From Octopus bimaculoides (taxonomy: Eukaryota), in contig NC_068984.1 in NCBI RefSeq assembly GCF_001194135.2, forward strand, positions 4,032,192-4,096,191: a stretch of DNA of 64,000 nucleotides. The letters run 5' to 3'. Shown one piece after another: positions 51,367-64,000 of the stretch (position 1 is its first letter; each line of letters starts with the position of its first letter). The translations under genes were made by a program, and so were the position numbers. The notes beneath the pieces were generated by a model that made no database searches, was not told the DNA's origin, and was given only the letters and a program-made list of their open reading frames with translations.

Positions 51367-51418
<52 letters not shown>

Positions 51419-51707
51419 AGAGAGAGAGAGAGATGTAGATAAACACAATTAGGTTTGGTATACATAAACATATATATATATGTATGTATGTATGTGTAGA
51501 TAGATAGTTATAGATATATATAACTACATATATTCAGGAGGTAGGTACATACATACATATGTATATATTTATACAAATATGTTTACATAGAGTATAAAAA
51601 ATACAGAATATCAAGTCCTGGAATAAGAATTTGGAATTTAAGTTTAAATCATTTGAGCACTACTACATGTTTTTCATACTGTGCATATCTAGCACTAGTC
51701 TTTTGAT

Positions 51708-51750
<43 letters not shown>

Positions 51751-51756
<6 letters not shown>

Positions 51757-51860
51757 CATCATCTTTTAACGTCCATTTTCCATTCTGGCATAGATGGGAT
51801 GGTTTGACCGAAGTCGGAGAGCTGCACCGGGTTCTAGTCTGAGTTAACTTGGTTTCTATG
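51751..51860 (-). mobile_element. Short RTE tail abutting (TA)n
   Basis: catcatcatcatcttttaacgtccattttcc. Confidence 0.7.
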
Positions 51861-52186
51861 TTTCTGAAACAAAGATTATACAGAGTTAGCAAAAAATGCC
51901 GCAATGACCCAAAAGAGGTATGTCCTCAAATACCCTATGCACACACCCCAAAATATTCATGAATATATAGAAATGAGTTTTCACTCATAAGGTTTTAGTT
52001 GGCCTGGGACTGTAATAGAAGACATGTGTTTAAGGTGCCACACGCTGGGCTGAACCCAAGTCCACATGGTTAGAAAGCAAACTTCTTAACCATGTAGCCA
52101 CACAATCATGTGTGTGTGTGTGAAACCAAAGTGGGATATTAAATTTATAACATTAATTAACATAAAACAGTAAACCTAATAAAAGT

Positions 52187-52785
52187 AAGTGCCACACCCT
52201 AACAGTTGAGGGAACCCGTGGAAGAGGTAGGCCCAGGAAGACCTGGGCTGAGGTGGTGAGGCAAGACCTTCGTACATTGGGCCTCACCGAGGCGATGACT
52301 ACGGACCGAGACCTTTGGAAATGGGCTGTGCGTGAGAAGACCCGGCAAGCGAAGTAAGATCGTTGCCAGTGCCCCTGGACTGGTTCTTGTGCGGGTGGCA
52401 CATGAGATGCACCATTTTGAGCGTGGCCGTTGCCAGTACCGCCTGACTGGCTCCTGTAGGATTTTCGAGCGAGATCGTTGCCAGTGCCCCTGGACTGGCT
52501 TGTGCGGGTGGNNNNNNNNNNAGATCGTTGCCAGTGCCCCTGGACTGGTTCTTGTGCGGGTGGCACATAAAAGACACCATTTCGAGCGTGGCCGTTTTCG
52601 TGCGGGTGACACGTAAAAGCACCCACTACACTCTCTGAGTGGTTGGCGTTAGGAAGGGCATCCAGCTGTAGAAACTCTGCCAAATCAGACTGGAGCCTGG
52701 TGTTGCCATCCGGTTTCACCAGTCCTCAGTCAAATCGTCCAACCCATGCTAGCATGGAAAGCGGACGTTAAACGATGATGATGAT
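52187..52785 (+). mobile_element. Young 5'-truncated RTE LINE
   Basis: 52187-52357 encodes KCHTLTVEGTRGRGRPRKTWAEVVRQDLRTLGLTEAMTTDRDLWKWAVREKTRQAK* (RTE C-terminus), followed by tandem modules and a (GAT)n tail. Confidence 0.93.
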
Positions 52786-54085
52786 ACACACACACACACA
52801 AGACCAACATAAGGGAAGTACCTCAATTCAAAAATATACCCTCTTCTATAAAATAATTACATGAGAACATTATTGAGAGAAGCTAAAGCATGTAGCATGT
52901 ACTTTCCATAGCATACACATCTGGAATAAGCTTTCTACAGAGATTTCAGTTTTAATTCCATTGAATAAAAAAAAGTCTAATTAGCCTATTTGAAATTCAA
53001 ATAAGCCATAAATTTTAGTAACCCTTAAGCAAAGTCTTTTTAGAATTAAGATTGTGTTTCTATAAAAACCAAAATATGAAGTATGTTGCAGTGCTTTGAA
53101 AGAGATATATTATCTTTTTGAACAGGTTCAAACACTTCAGTCTGATTTATCTCTGCTAAGTATATCTCACACACATATTTTGTCTTTTAGGGAATTGAAC
53201 CATGCTAAGCAGCAGACCAGTGCTAGTTTCCTTGAACTCCAGTGTTCATATCTTGTTAAGACTCCTGATTCTTCATCCATTTATGATGTCTCAGAGATGT
53301 ACCTTTTTCCTTCTGACCCTGAACACTGATTTATTTCTTGGTGACTGTTCTCTAAGATCAGCTAAATAAATTTGCTGCCACTTTGGCAGTTTACTGCTGC
53401 TAATGTATAGCAAACCAGAGATCTGCCAGAAATTGTCTTGTGTTTTTTTTCTTTTTTTTTTTGTGGGTTGGTGGGGAAGGAATGAGGAATGAAAGAAATA
53501 ACAAAAAGTTTTCAGCAACTATTTCTCTTTACTATTTTATTTCAGTTTTGTCATGTTCCATTTTAAAATTGGCTGACATCTTGAGCTATTTTATTTTTAC
53601 TCTGTTACTAGAAATAACAGCAGAATCTCACATAACCAGCTTTTACAAAAAAAAGAAACAAACATCAGAGAATGCAGTCCTACCTGTCAGAGAAGATGAG
53701 GTGGTCATGACTTAAATATCTTTGTTTAATCAGGGTTGACCTGGGACTAAACAACAGTAACAAAGCTCACACTTTTGGATGGAAACTTTCAATTATTTAC
53801 TGTCTAATCAGTTCTGTTTTATTTCTCAATCAATACAAACTATCACTTTGATAAGATATGGCAATGCTAAATACAGCTGAGGATGCCCAACAGGCAGAAA
53901 CATGCACGAGATTGCCTCCTGAACTTTCCAAAAAAATAAAATTAGAAGACGTATTAGCCTTTGACTAATATTGTATTCTAAGATGGTGTGTGTAACAGTG
54001 TTCATATGTTCGAACTAGTGTGTGGTCATCTTCTGTCGAACATACAACAACGGCAAAGTAAAATACATAATAACGTCTAGAGCTA

Positions 54086-55245
54086 TCATCATTGAATGTC
54101 CATTCTCCAGTCTGGCCTGGGTTGGATGGTTTGACAGGACCTGGCCAGGCTGGAGGACTGCACCTTGTACTGGGTGCTTGTATACATGGCATTGGCTTGG
54201 AAGCTTTCTTTTTACAAGGCACCACCACAGATGCTTTTTACGTGTCACCAGCACCCTCGGACCCATCAGAGAGGCTGGGGTTATGGCCATAAAGGACATG
54301 CCTATATGTGTGGATGGCCGTGGTTTTACTTAGCTGGACATGTCTTCTGAAGCACAGCAAATCACCACAAGACTCAGTCCCTTGTCATCGCCTCTGGTCA
54401 ACAGTTTTTGATGTCAATGTGAACTTTTTAGGGAACTATTCCAAGTATTGTACGAGGAATGTACCTTTTATATACTCTCCATGTGTGTGTGTGTCAGTGC
54501 AAGTATATATACACAGCTATAAATCATCATAGCATTTGATGTTGGTCAGCAAGAAGGTAGAGAAATAAAAACGGTCAGAGATCTGGTTTATGTTCATTAC
54601 AAGTGCCTGATTATTGAGGAGAGGTGTCATCATCATCACCACCATCTGCAGCAGCAGCAGCTTAATATCTACTTTTCTATGCTTGCATAGGTCAGGCAAA
54701 ATTCATTGAAGCAGTGTTGTTGTTTTTTTTTTTATGTCTGGATGCTCTTCCTGTCACCAACGCTCACCTGTTTCTGAGCAAGGTAATATTTCCCCATAGC
54801 CAGACATGTTTCTACATAAGATTGGAAATTAATGACACAGTTCATATGATGTTGTTGCTCAATGAGAACTGTTGTGTGATGTCAAGATAAGGAAACACAC
54901 ACACATATGACAAGCTTCTTTAAGTTTCCATCTAATAAATCCACTCATAGAACTTTGATTAACCTGATGCTTTAGTAAAAAAGAAGATTATTGCTGAAGG
55001 TGCTTCATAAAAGAACTGAACCCAAGACCACATGGTTGAGAAGCAAACCTTTTACCAACACTGCCATGCTTGCAGCTCTTGTGTGGTAAATACAATACGC
55101 TTTCCATGCTAGCATGGGTTGGACGATTTGACTGATGACTGGTGAAACCAGATGGCTACACCAGCTATACATTTACACCAGGCTCCAATCTGATTTGGCA
55201 GAGTTTCTACAGCTGGATGCCCTTCCTAACGCCAACCACTCCGAT
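54086..55245 (-). mobile_element. Three RTE-type tails (54086-54420, 54660-54890, 55098-55245) with SINE pieces between
   Basis: Each shows the ggatgc(c)cttcct...ccaac motif in minus orientation. Confidence 0.7.
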
Positions 55246-55399
55246 GCAGTTGATACGAAAGTGCTCAGTACACATTTATAGTGTAGAGTCAGTTATAGAT
55301 GTACGGAGGTGCCATAGAGGTAGACCTATGCTATAACCTATACTATAGATATTGAAAATATGTATAGTAGAATCATGTCTACTCTATGGGTCATTAGTA

Positions 55400-55770
55400 T
55401 TGAGTCTGATTGCTGCATGGAACTTCCTAACCACATGGTTTCAGGTTCACTTCCACTGCTTGGCACCTTGGGCAAGTGTATTCTACTATAGCCTCACGCT
55501 GACCAAAGCCTTGTGAGTGGATTTGAAAGACACTTAATATGGATGTATATGTGTGTGTATTTATGTATGTTTCTTTGCGATGTTTTTGTCTCCCACCAGC
55601 ATTGGTTTGTTTATGTCCCCATAACTTAGTGGTTCACTAAACAAGAGAGAGAAAGAGACTTGAAAAAATAAATTCTGGGGTTGATTTGTTCGACACAGTC
55701 TATCAAGGCTGTGCTCCAGTATGGCTGCAGTCCAAGAATTGAAACTAGGGAAAGATAACAGATAAGATAT
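55400..55770 (+). mobile_element. CORE-type SINE
   Basis: ccacatggtttcaggttcacttcc...ggcaccttgggcaagtg...gtgctccagtatggctgcagtc...gaaac. Confidence 0.75.
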
Positions 55771-57091
55771 AGTTTAGCGCTGACTTTAACCGTTTTGCTA
55801 CCAAAATTCCCAAGACCACCCAGATTCCATGATACAAATTTCTTGTTTTAAAGTGCATTAAATTAAAACCTTCAAAATTCCAAATTGATTCATGTTTTTA
55901 CAAAATTCTTCATTTTCAAAATTTATTACAACATAGGTTGTGTATTTTAACAGAAATATGACGAAAAAAAAGGGGTTATTCATGTTAACCACAGCTCAAA
56001 CCACAGCTCACACAACATACTCTATATCTGTGTATGTATGTATGTATATACAATGGAATAAATTTTAGTACATTTGACTATTTGGAAACAAAAGCAGTTT
56101 GCAGAGATTATGAAAAAGAAACTATTGAAATGTGTATGAGAATTGCTGTTGGCTGCCAATTGTAAAAATACTCTACTTCTTGATACATCTTCGATTAAAT
56201 ATTTCTAGAACTCTCTTAGAACTTAATGTCTAATATGTATTCTTGTTGTTGTTATAATTTCCTACACTGTATAACTCTGAAGTCACTTCAAGACGCCTGT
56301 AACACCTGGCTAAGTAATTTAACACTGCACATTGAAAGTAAATGTATAGCTTGTTTGTATTTCAGTGTAAACTGCTGTTGTCGGGGGAGAAGGGACGTCT
56401 GTCTGTACCATCAATTACACTGAATCTGTTTATCACTGTAAATTTAACAGCTGGTCTGAAGACATTGTTCTGTAGGCATCTAAGATATGGTACTCTGCAT
56501 GATCAACATTATTTTGCCCTGTTGTTTTCCATAACCTTTTATATCAATGATATTTGAATAGGGTAAAAAATAGTTACCAGCTATGTTTGAGAAAAAAAAA
56601 ATCAGATTTCATTACATCTATATTTCAGTTTTTGCTCTGGACATTTGGCTTCTTTTTACAGACGTAGACTTTTCTGTACATTTTTAAGATCTGTTAAAGA
56701 ACTAGAAGACATGAGAGGATTTTTCTTGTACAAGAAGATCCATATGTGGAATTTTCACTGTCTCCTGTAACTTCTGTTGTTTCTTTGCTGTGAAGAAAGC
56801 ATTTTGTAGCTAAAATGTTGATATTATTTGAAAAATTATGTTATCTGAGTAAATATTGGATTACTAAGACTCTAAACTATTAAGAATAAAGTCTACAAAT
56901 ATTTAGGTTAAGAATTTTCTAAAGAAACTGTAAGTTTTTAAGTGCTATAATTTCTAAAGTTGTGCTTGGATCAAATTAATAGAAGATTGAAACTTGAAAA
57001 GTAACATTTTACCATGAATTTGTGATATTGTTTAATACATATCTTCTGATATTTTGGTGTTGTTTGAATGAACAACTGTGAAACATCTAAT

Positions 57092-57140
57092 TGGATATAG
57101 TAAATCACTTGCACTGGATATAGTAAATCACTTGCACTGG
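57092..57140. repeat. Perfect 23-bp tandem duplication
   Basis: (tggatatagtaaatcacttgcac)x2 plus tgg. Confidence 0.95.
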
Positions 57141-57294
57141 CTCAATGCCCTATTACCATGTACAGCTGCACAAAATAATATTTTTGCATCCAAACATTTG
57201 GAACTTTACAAGATGAAAATCGTTTTCATTTCCAATATTTTATTTTTTGTCTCTAAATTTTACAATATTGCTAATTTTGTAATTTCATTTGATC

Positions 57295-57723
57295 AACCCA
57301 TGCCGGTGGCACGTAAAAAGCACTTTCCAAGCATTGGGTCTCATGGAGGCAATGTAGCTGATGCTGGTGTTGTGGAACTAGCAACCGTGCCAGTGGCATA
57401 TGAAATGCACCATTCAAGTGCTGGGCCTGTCAGAGACAGTGACAGATGACCAAGACCTTTGGCAATATGCTGTGCTGGAGAAGAAAGATCCATCAAGCCA
57501 AGTGAAATCATAGTCGTGACTGATACTGGTGTCACACAACTGGCACCTAAGCCAGTGGCACACAAAAGCACCCATTACACTCTTGGAGTGGTTGGTGTTA
57601 GGAAGGGCATCCAGCCATAGAAACCATGCCAAATCAGACTGTCTGGTGTAGTCCCTCAGCTTGCCAGCCTTGGTCAAATCATCCAACCGATGGACAACAG
57701 ACATTAAATGATGATGATGATGA
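57295..57723 (+). mobile_element. RTE 3' UTR (older subfamily)
   Basis: tgccggtggcacgtaaaaagcac ... aggaagggcatccagcc ... taaatgatgatgatgatgat. Confidence 0.8.
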
Positions 57724-58502
57724 TATAAAGAAACTTCTAGAATTATTTTTATGTCCAACCTCTGATATCAAACTACTTTATATATTCTGAATTTGGATGA
57801 GAAGCTTAGTCCCTGGATCACTGATCACATGGTCATATAGTCAAATTTTGTAGCTTGACCACAGGTACATCTGTCTCAACTACCAACAGTTGAGTGGACA
57901 TTATCAAGGTGTAAAGGCAATTTCTACACATAAATACTCAAATTTAATGATAAATATTAATTTGAAATCCATGATGTAAAAGAGTAAAAGAAAAGTAAGA
58001 AACAAAAAACAATCAAGATTTTCTTCTTTATTAAATAACGTCCACGACGCTGGTTGTGGTGAAAATTTCACGTCTGAATTTTCTTTATTTCTTGCAACCA
58101 TTTCAAGATGAAGTTGGTACCCTCTTTCAGTGATATGCATAAGTCTGCCCATTATAATGCCATACACATAGATCTAGGATTCTTTATTGGCACATTAAAC
58201 CAGCCTCACTACTTCACTCATACTTTAGTTTATCAGCTGTGGAAGGATCAAAAGAAAATTTGAACTCAGAGGGTAAAAGGCCCTAAATATTGTAGACTTT
58301 TTATTGAAGACCCCAACCATTGTGAGACTGGTTGTTGCTGATGCTAGTCTTTCAAATATCACAAATGCATGTAGGGAGTTAAAAGCTCTTCTTCACATAT
58401 TCCACCAACAGAACTCACATCCATTTAACAATATGGCCCAGCTTGCATAAAAGAAGCAGCTAATTTTGAAGAAAGATTTTGTCATTTATTATTGGCTGAA
58501 GG

Positions 58503-58720
58503 TAGGGTGGCGAGCTGGCAGAATTGTTAGCATGCCGGGCAAAATGCTTAGCAGTATTTCATCTGCCGCTACGTTCTGAGTTCAAACTCTGCCAAGGTCG
58601 ACTTTGCCTTTGATCCTTTCGGTGTCAATGAAATAAGTACCAGTTATGCACTGGGGTTGATGTAATTGACTAACCTCCTTCCCCAAAAAAATTTTTCAAG
58701 GCCTTGTGCCAAGAATAGAA
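58503..58720 (+). mobile_element. SINE (38890 family)
   Basis: ggtggcgagctggcagaattgttagc...gttctgagttcaaactctgccaaggtcgactttgcc. Confidence 0.85.
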
Positions 58721-58924
58721 ATAATTATTGGCTGAAAGTAAATTCATAGAGCCACCACTTTTTTTTGTTGTTGTTTTTTAATTTGTCATAAGGAATTGCA
58801 GAAAACATACGTAAGATTTGATCCCTGAAAGGATGGAGAACGAAGTTGCCTTAGTGTCAGGGTGTTTTGTCAGAAGTGGATTGGTCATTTGTAGCACTCC
58901 GTATTGCCAATAAGTAGGATTCTT

Positions 58925-59672
58925 TCTCATCTCCTCCATGACATGCACCATCTTCAGATCAGCTTTTGCCTCTATTCCAAGTTTTCCTCTGTCTCCCTTA
59001 TTTGTAGGTTCCATTAACTTGGGTGCTCAAAGTTTCCTTATCCAACAGTCATCCTTCATATGCATCACACACCATCACAACCTCCTCCCCTGTACATCTC
59101 ACACACACCACCCACATTCCATGTTACCTGTGCTGCCTCAAATGGCCTCTTCTCCTAAAATTGATATTCACCATTGACCACATTTTCACCTCTACTTACC
59201 GTTCACTGCACCCACTTCTATATCCATCTGCTACTCTCCTTTCACACTCTCACAAATATACCTCCCCATTCACCCTATCCATTCCTCTGGTCTGCTTCTC
59301 TTATGTTCACCTTCTTGTAATTTGAGGGTACAAGCTGACACCTAATTACCACCATCTCTCTTTTTCCAACAGGGGTAGCCATATATTTCCTCAGCTGCCA
59401 GACACCTTTTCTGTCTCTCTTTAGCCTCTCAACACCTGGCATAAAGCCACCTCTCACAATACCACATCCTGCTCAGTTGAAGGGTCTTGTCTTGTGAATT
59501 AGTTGATGACCTCACTCATGCCAGTGAGGCAGTTGATATTAGGAAGGGCATTCAACCATAGAAACCGTACCAAAACAGAGATTGGAGCTTGGTGCAGTTC
59601 TCTTAGTTTTCAGCTCTTTTCAGAGCATCCAACCCATGCCAGCATGGAAAACAGACATTAAATGATGACGAT
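58925..59672 (+). mobile_element. RTE subfamily with long pyrimidine-rich 3' UTR
   Basis: CT-rich interior ending in aacccatgccagcatggaaaacagacattaaatgatgacgat. Confidence 0.7.
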
Positions 59673-61439
59673 CTCAATGTCAAGTGGCTATAGTTAGGAA
59701 GAAAAACTCCATTATGGATTTTGCTGTAACAAGGAATGTCATTGCTTTATCATTCCTTATTAAATGAGAAATCTTTGTTTCAGTGTACGTGGAGACAGTA
59801 TTGATTAAACGGAGAATGTTCTGTGTTCTCAAGACATTTTGTTCTGAAACTATCACAGTTGAAAACTGAATTTATTGTCATTTCATAAATGAAGGACAGT
59901 AACTGAAGGAAATCTTAGTTTATCTCAGTCCAGTAATTACTCTCCATTCCTTTAATGATTTACTATCAAACACTGTGAATATATTAAAACATTTCATCTC
60001 TGGGGTTTCTTTGTAATTTCTGTGTCATGTTCATAACAGCATAAACTCTGTGGTAAACACCAACATTTTTATTAGATTAATGTCTGTTTTCCCATACAGG
60101 AATGGATTTTGGTATCAGCAGGATATTTTTATGACCTTTCAGCCACACCAGATCACTATAAAACTTTAGTTATCTGCTGGAGTTGAATGTTTTCATGCAG
60201 TAGAACTCCAAAATCTCATTTTATAAACCTGAATAATTATTGAATGGTCAGTCATTGTTGCATCAAACAGTTCGTAACATTTTAGAATCCTTCTGTCGGT
60301 TGTTATAATTTAAGGTTTTGAATCAGATTACGTAGAAAACATATTCTTTCTACTATACATACCTGCCTGAAATATGGCACAATGGAAGCTAGTTTTAAGA
60401 ATTGATGTCAAAATCTGGGAACACATAAGAATAGATTGATGGGGGTCAGACCACATAAGTGTAAAATAAATTGGGTCAGAATGTATGCAAACATTCAAAT
60501 TTAGAAAAAAGTAATATATTCTACTTCTACCAGAATGAGAAAGTATAAGCATAAAAAGTCTTAAATCGTTCTTTTATGTTAGTTATTTTATTTTTTTGCA
60601 TTAAAATATTCATTTTTGCTTCCACCATCTGTAGCTCCCAAATAAACTCCCTCCACCACCACAAGCACCAGAATAATCAGTTTAGATTATTATAAGTAAT
60701 GTTAAAGTGTGTGATCGCTTAATGTAAGCTTGATTGTGGTCATTAAATACAGGGCACAGATGTTCCAGCTACAACTGTCACTGCATTGTTGTTTACACTG
60801 CATAATGTTTCCCCCACTTCACTAAGCTGCATGTTTGATGAATTGCACTCTACGAAAGACAAAGATAGAATTTCATTCCTGGAACTTCACACCACCGTGT
60901 GTGTGTATATGCATGTGTGTATTGAGTGAAAGGAAATTTTATTTATAACTATGGCCATACAGGCAATGTCGCACTGTCTTTGGTTGTGTCATTGTTCAAT
61001 AAATGATATTGATCTGCTCATATAAGCTTGTCTTTCTGATGATATGTTTAACTCTTTAAGGACCAGTAATCGACTGTGCAGGTTTATACAGACGGCTAAG
61101 CATAAATAAATGAAAATGGGGATTCAAGAAAATGCTGTTCCTTCTTTACAGTCTTACATCCATTTTCCTTTACTGGGATGTTATATTTTTTTTTACAAAT
61201 TTAAATGCTTTTTTTTATCATTTTATTTGCAAATTAATTTTCTTGTTGTTGCATCTCATTTTGCCAAACAGTCTAAAAGAGAAGTGAAATAACCAAATAA
61301 AGACATTCTGTGGTAACCACAATTATCCAAAGGTTTGATCCGTTGACAAAAGTGTGCATGCATTCAGCAACATAGTCTCACATGTATTGTGCTTCTTATA
61401 TTCACTCGTGAACATTTTGGTTGTTTCAGTTAGGACTTG

Positions 61440-61775
61440 GGGACTCTTTTAATATCACTAATGCTGGTGACATAAGAAAATGCGCCCAGAACACTCTGGA
61501 AAGGGATTGGAGATAGAAAGGGCATCCAGCAGTAGAAACCAAATGAAATAACATGTAAGAATAAATCTTTGAGAGAAGTGGCTTCCAGGAAGGAGTAACT
61601 TGAATTGCAATGTCCCATGTAAAAAGGTATCCAGATCAAACTGTAAAGTGGTTGGCATTTGGAAGGGCATCCAGCCATAAAAAAGCCTGCCAAAACAGAC
61701 ACAGTAAGCCTGGCCAACTCTTATCAAACTGTCCAACCCATGCCTGCATGGAAAGCAGATATTAAACTGTCCGAT
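61440..61775 (+). mobile_element. RTE tail(s)
   Basis: Two agggcatccagc motifs and aacccatgcctgcatggaaagc. Confidence 0.75.
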
Positions 61776-61909
61776 GAACGGGAACGTGAAACTCAGAGTA
61801 ATGGTTTTTTTGTTATATTTCTGCTGCTTTTAAATAAAGCATATTACTCTACCTCTGGTATTTGAGTACTCTTTTTTCCACCTTGTTGCACATTTCATGT
61901 GCTTACTCC

Positions 61910-61961
<52 letters not shown>

Positions 61962-62488
61962 GCAAGAGAGAGAGAGGTAGGTAGGTAGATATAGATAGAT
62001 ATAGAAATACATATATATATATATATATAGATAGATAGATATCGATTGATAGATGTAGATAGATATAGAAATAGATAAATATATATAGAGAGAAATCTTG
62101 ATATATTTGTATGTATACACATACATATTTAGATATAGATAGACGTGTGTGTGTGTACATACACACAAATATGTATATAAATCTATTACTTTCTACTAGT
62201 TTGTATGACATTTGCTATTTTAATATCTCCTCTCAGAAATAAAAAAATAGCAAACTACTTGAAAATAACTCAAACTCTGTTTTATTATCAACTAGATTTC
62301 CAGTGAAATTAATTGTATGTTCTGTTTGTTACAAGTGTTTCCAGTAAATTTGGCAGTGAAAGAGTTAACAGCAGCCTGGCTTCACCTCTTGAAGAGAGAG
62401 GTTATAAGTACAAAAAAATCTTGTTCATGGAACACTTTTAAAAATAAAATGGTTGTTCATTAAAAACAAAGAATATTGATCTTTGATT

Positions 62489-62860
62489 TTATTTATTTAT
62501 TTTTCTTTTTAAGAAAAAGACAAATATTTTTTTTAATTCTTTGGTCAATTTCAAACCATACAATACATTGGCAGTGATGCTATATAACGCACTACCATCG
62601 TTTTTCATGGTCTTTCTTTCTGCATCCTCTCTTTTACTTGATCTGTGCATTTGTTTGTTTTTACTGTTGTTTCTATCATCTTCAAAGCTGGCATTTAAAC
62701 TACAATGAATGATTTTACTCCCCAACATGATATCAATATGAAATATTGCCATAGAAACCAAATCACAGTGTTGGCAGAACACAAGAGTGTCTTGTCTACA
62801 TTCTAGACAGAAGACAACATCTGAAACTACACTTTTACATTTGAAACACTTGTACTTCTC
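62489..62860 (-). other. Open frame with three CxxC pairs (possible zinc-finger exon or fossil)
   Basis: EKYKCFKCKSVVSDVVFCLECRQDTLVFCQHCDLVSMAIFH... 123 codons between stops. No ATG or strong acceptor upstream of the Cys cluster. Confidence 0.35.
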
Positions 62861-63123
62861 TTATATTATTGTTGCTGTACAATAAAATATTCCCCACTGC
62901 CACCCCAACCACCATCGCCACCACCACCACCACCTCAGACTTTCTTTAAAGCCATATGACTACTGGTTTGTTGCAGAAATTAAGAAAATCTTGAGGGATT
63001 GTCTTTACTATCAACTGGAAATGTTCCATTATGGTTTCAAATATCTCTTAGTCATGCAATTAATTCTTACAGATTCTCTTGTTCTCTGAATTTGTCTATC
63101 TCAGATGTTATAAAGAGGTATTG

Positions 63124-63164
<41 letters not shown>

Positions 63165-63429
63165 CCTGTGCATATAGAATGGTTGGTTAAGACATTCATT
63201 TTGCAATCATGAGGCCCCAGGTTCAATCCTGTACTCTGGCATCTTGACTAAGTGTCTTTTACCACAGTGTTTGGCTAACTTAAATCTGCAGAATGGACTT
63301 TAATGATTAGACACAGTGAGGAAGAATCCTTTTGGATGGACAGTACCAGTAATTTACAAGTACAACCTGTCATGTTGATGCTGCATGAGAATTACATGAA
63401 GGGTACAAGTGTCAGTGGAATACTCAGTC

Positions 63430-63800
63430 ATCATTATCATCATCATCAATTAACGTCCATTTTCCATGCTGGCATGAGTTGGATGGGTGAATCTGTTTTG
63501 GCATGGTTTCATAACTGGATGACCTTCCTAACACCAGACACTTTACAAAATGTTTTCAGTGATTTTTATGTGGTTTCATTACCAACATGGTGACCAAGAG
63601 TATTGCAAGACAAAATAGGCAAAAAAAGCCTTCAACTTGGAGTGGGGAGGAGTATTGAGCCAGATGGCTTTGTGCCAGTTGAGAAATTAAAGGTATAGAG
63701 GGACCGAGATAGGTGTGTTGCCGTAGAGTAGATGCTTGGATACCCCAGTTGGAAAAGAAAGGAGAGTGATTGTGAGAGAGATGATGATGATGATGTGTCT
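63430..63800 (-). mobile_element. Degenerate RTE tail
   Basis: catcatcaattaacgtccattttccatgctggcatgagttggat...ggatgaccttcctaacacc. Confidence 0.7.
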
Positions 63801-64000
63801 AAATATGCCCTTGCAGAACATTGGTGGTGGTGGTGGTGGTGAAAACAGGTGAAGTGATAGAGTTTTGAACTCGTGTATGTTAATTCAATGAGCAGGAAGT
63901 TCAGTCTATCTTACAACTGAGCTCTCTTCATCAAAATCCATTTAAGTATTTTGATATGTTGTCAATATGGCATTCATGTTTCAAATTAATATATAGCAGG

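Noticed and set aside
53877-53905. Hammerhead-like CUGAGGA UGCC-caaca-GGCA GAAA CAUG
   Set aside because: Position 17 is G, there is no stem I, and no second copy is seen. Chance or heavy decay.
55132-55155. CUGA(G/U)GA followed by CUGGUGAAACC(A/G)G in the antisense RTE tail
   Set aside because: The GAAA lies in the hairpin loop rather than 3' of stem II, so the topology is not a hammerhead.
57904-58167. Protein-like minus ORF (ERGYQLHLEMVARNKENSDVKF...)
   Set aside because: Weak acceptor, no donor, no recognisable motif, and a length within chance range.
44201-60200. Plus-strand exon-3 candidates near 44201, 48516, 53190, 56366, 56690 and 60100
   Set aside because: Each hits an early stop in phase 1, is in the wrong phase, or lacks a credible donor.

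Overview
AT-rich, repeat-dominated metazoan DNA with four assembly gaps. The repeat families and microsatellite load point to a cephalopod, probably Octopus; this is inferred from recalled repeat families, not a database search. Almost all ORFs in the track are artefacts of microsatellites, N-gaps or retroposon antisense strands. A CpG-retaining block at about 30.8-39.3 kb holds a probable bidirectional housekeeping promoter near 35.55 kb. It drives a plus-strand gene with two supportable coding exons of an unidentified, coiled-coil-like N-terminus, plus a divergent non-coding first exon. The rest is about 30 RTE-clade LINE remnants or 3' tails, several tRNA-derived SINE families, TTAA/piggyBac-type MITEs and a Tc1/mariner fossil. 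The most notable signals are structured RNAs inside the mobile elements: (1) a tRNA-headed SINE carrying a minimal hammerhead ribozyme in two copies, plus two other Penelope-like hammerhead-type ends; (2) a variable-number ~66-bp module in the RTE 3' UTR that folds into a hairpin plus an H-type pseudoknot with conserved stems and free loops; (3) a MITE filled with head-to-head TTAGGG-like repeats. Most repeat boundaries are approximate. All structures were read by eye and not computed.
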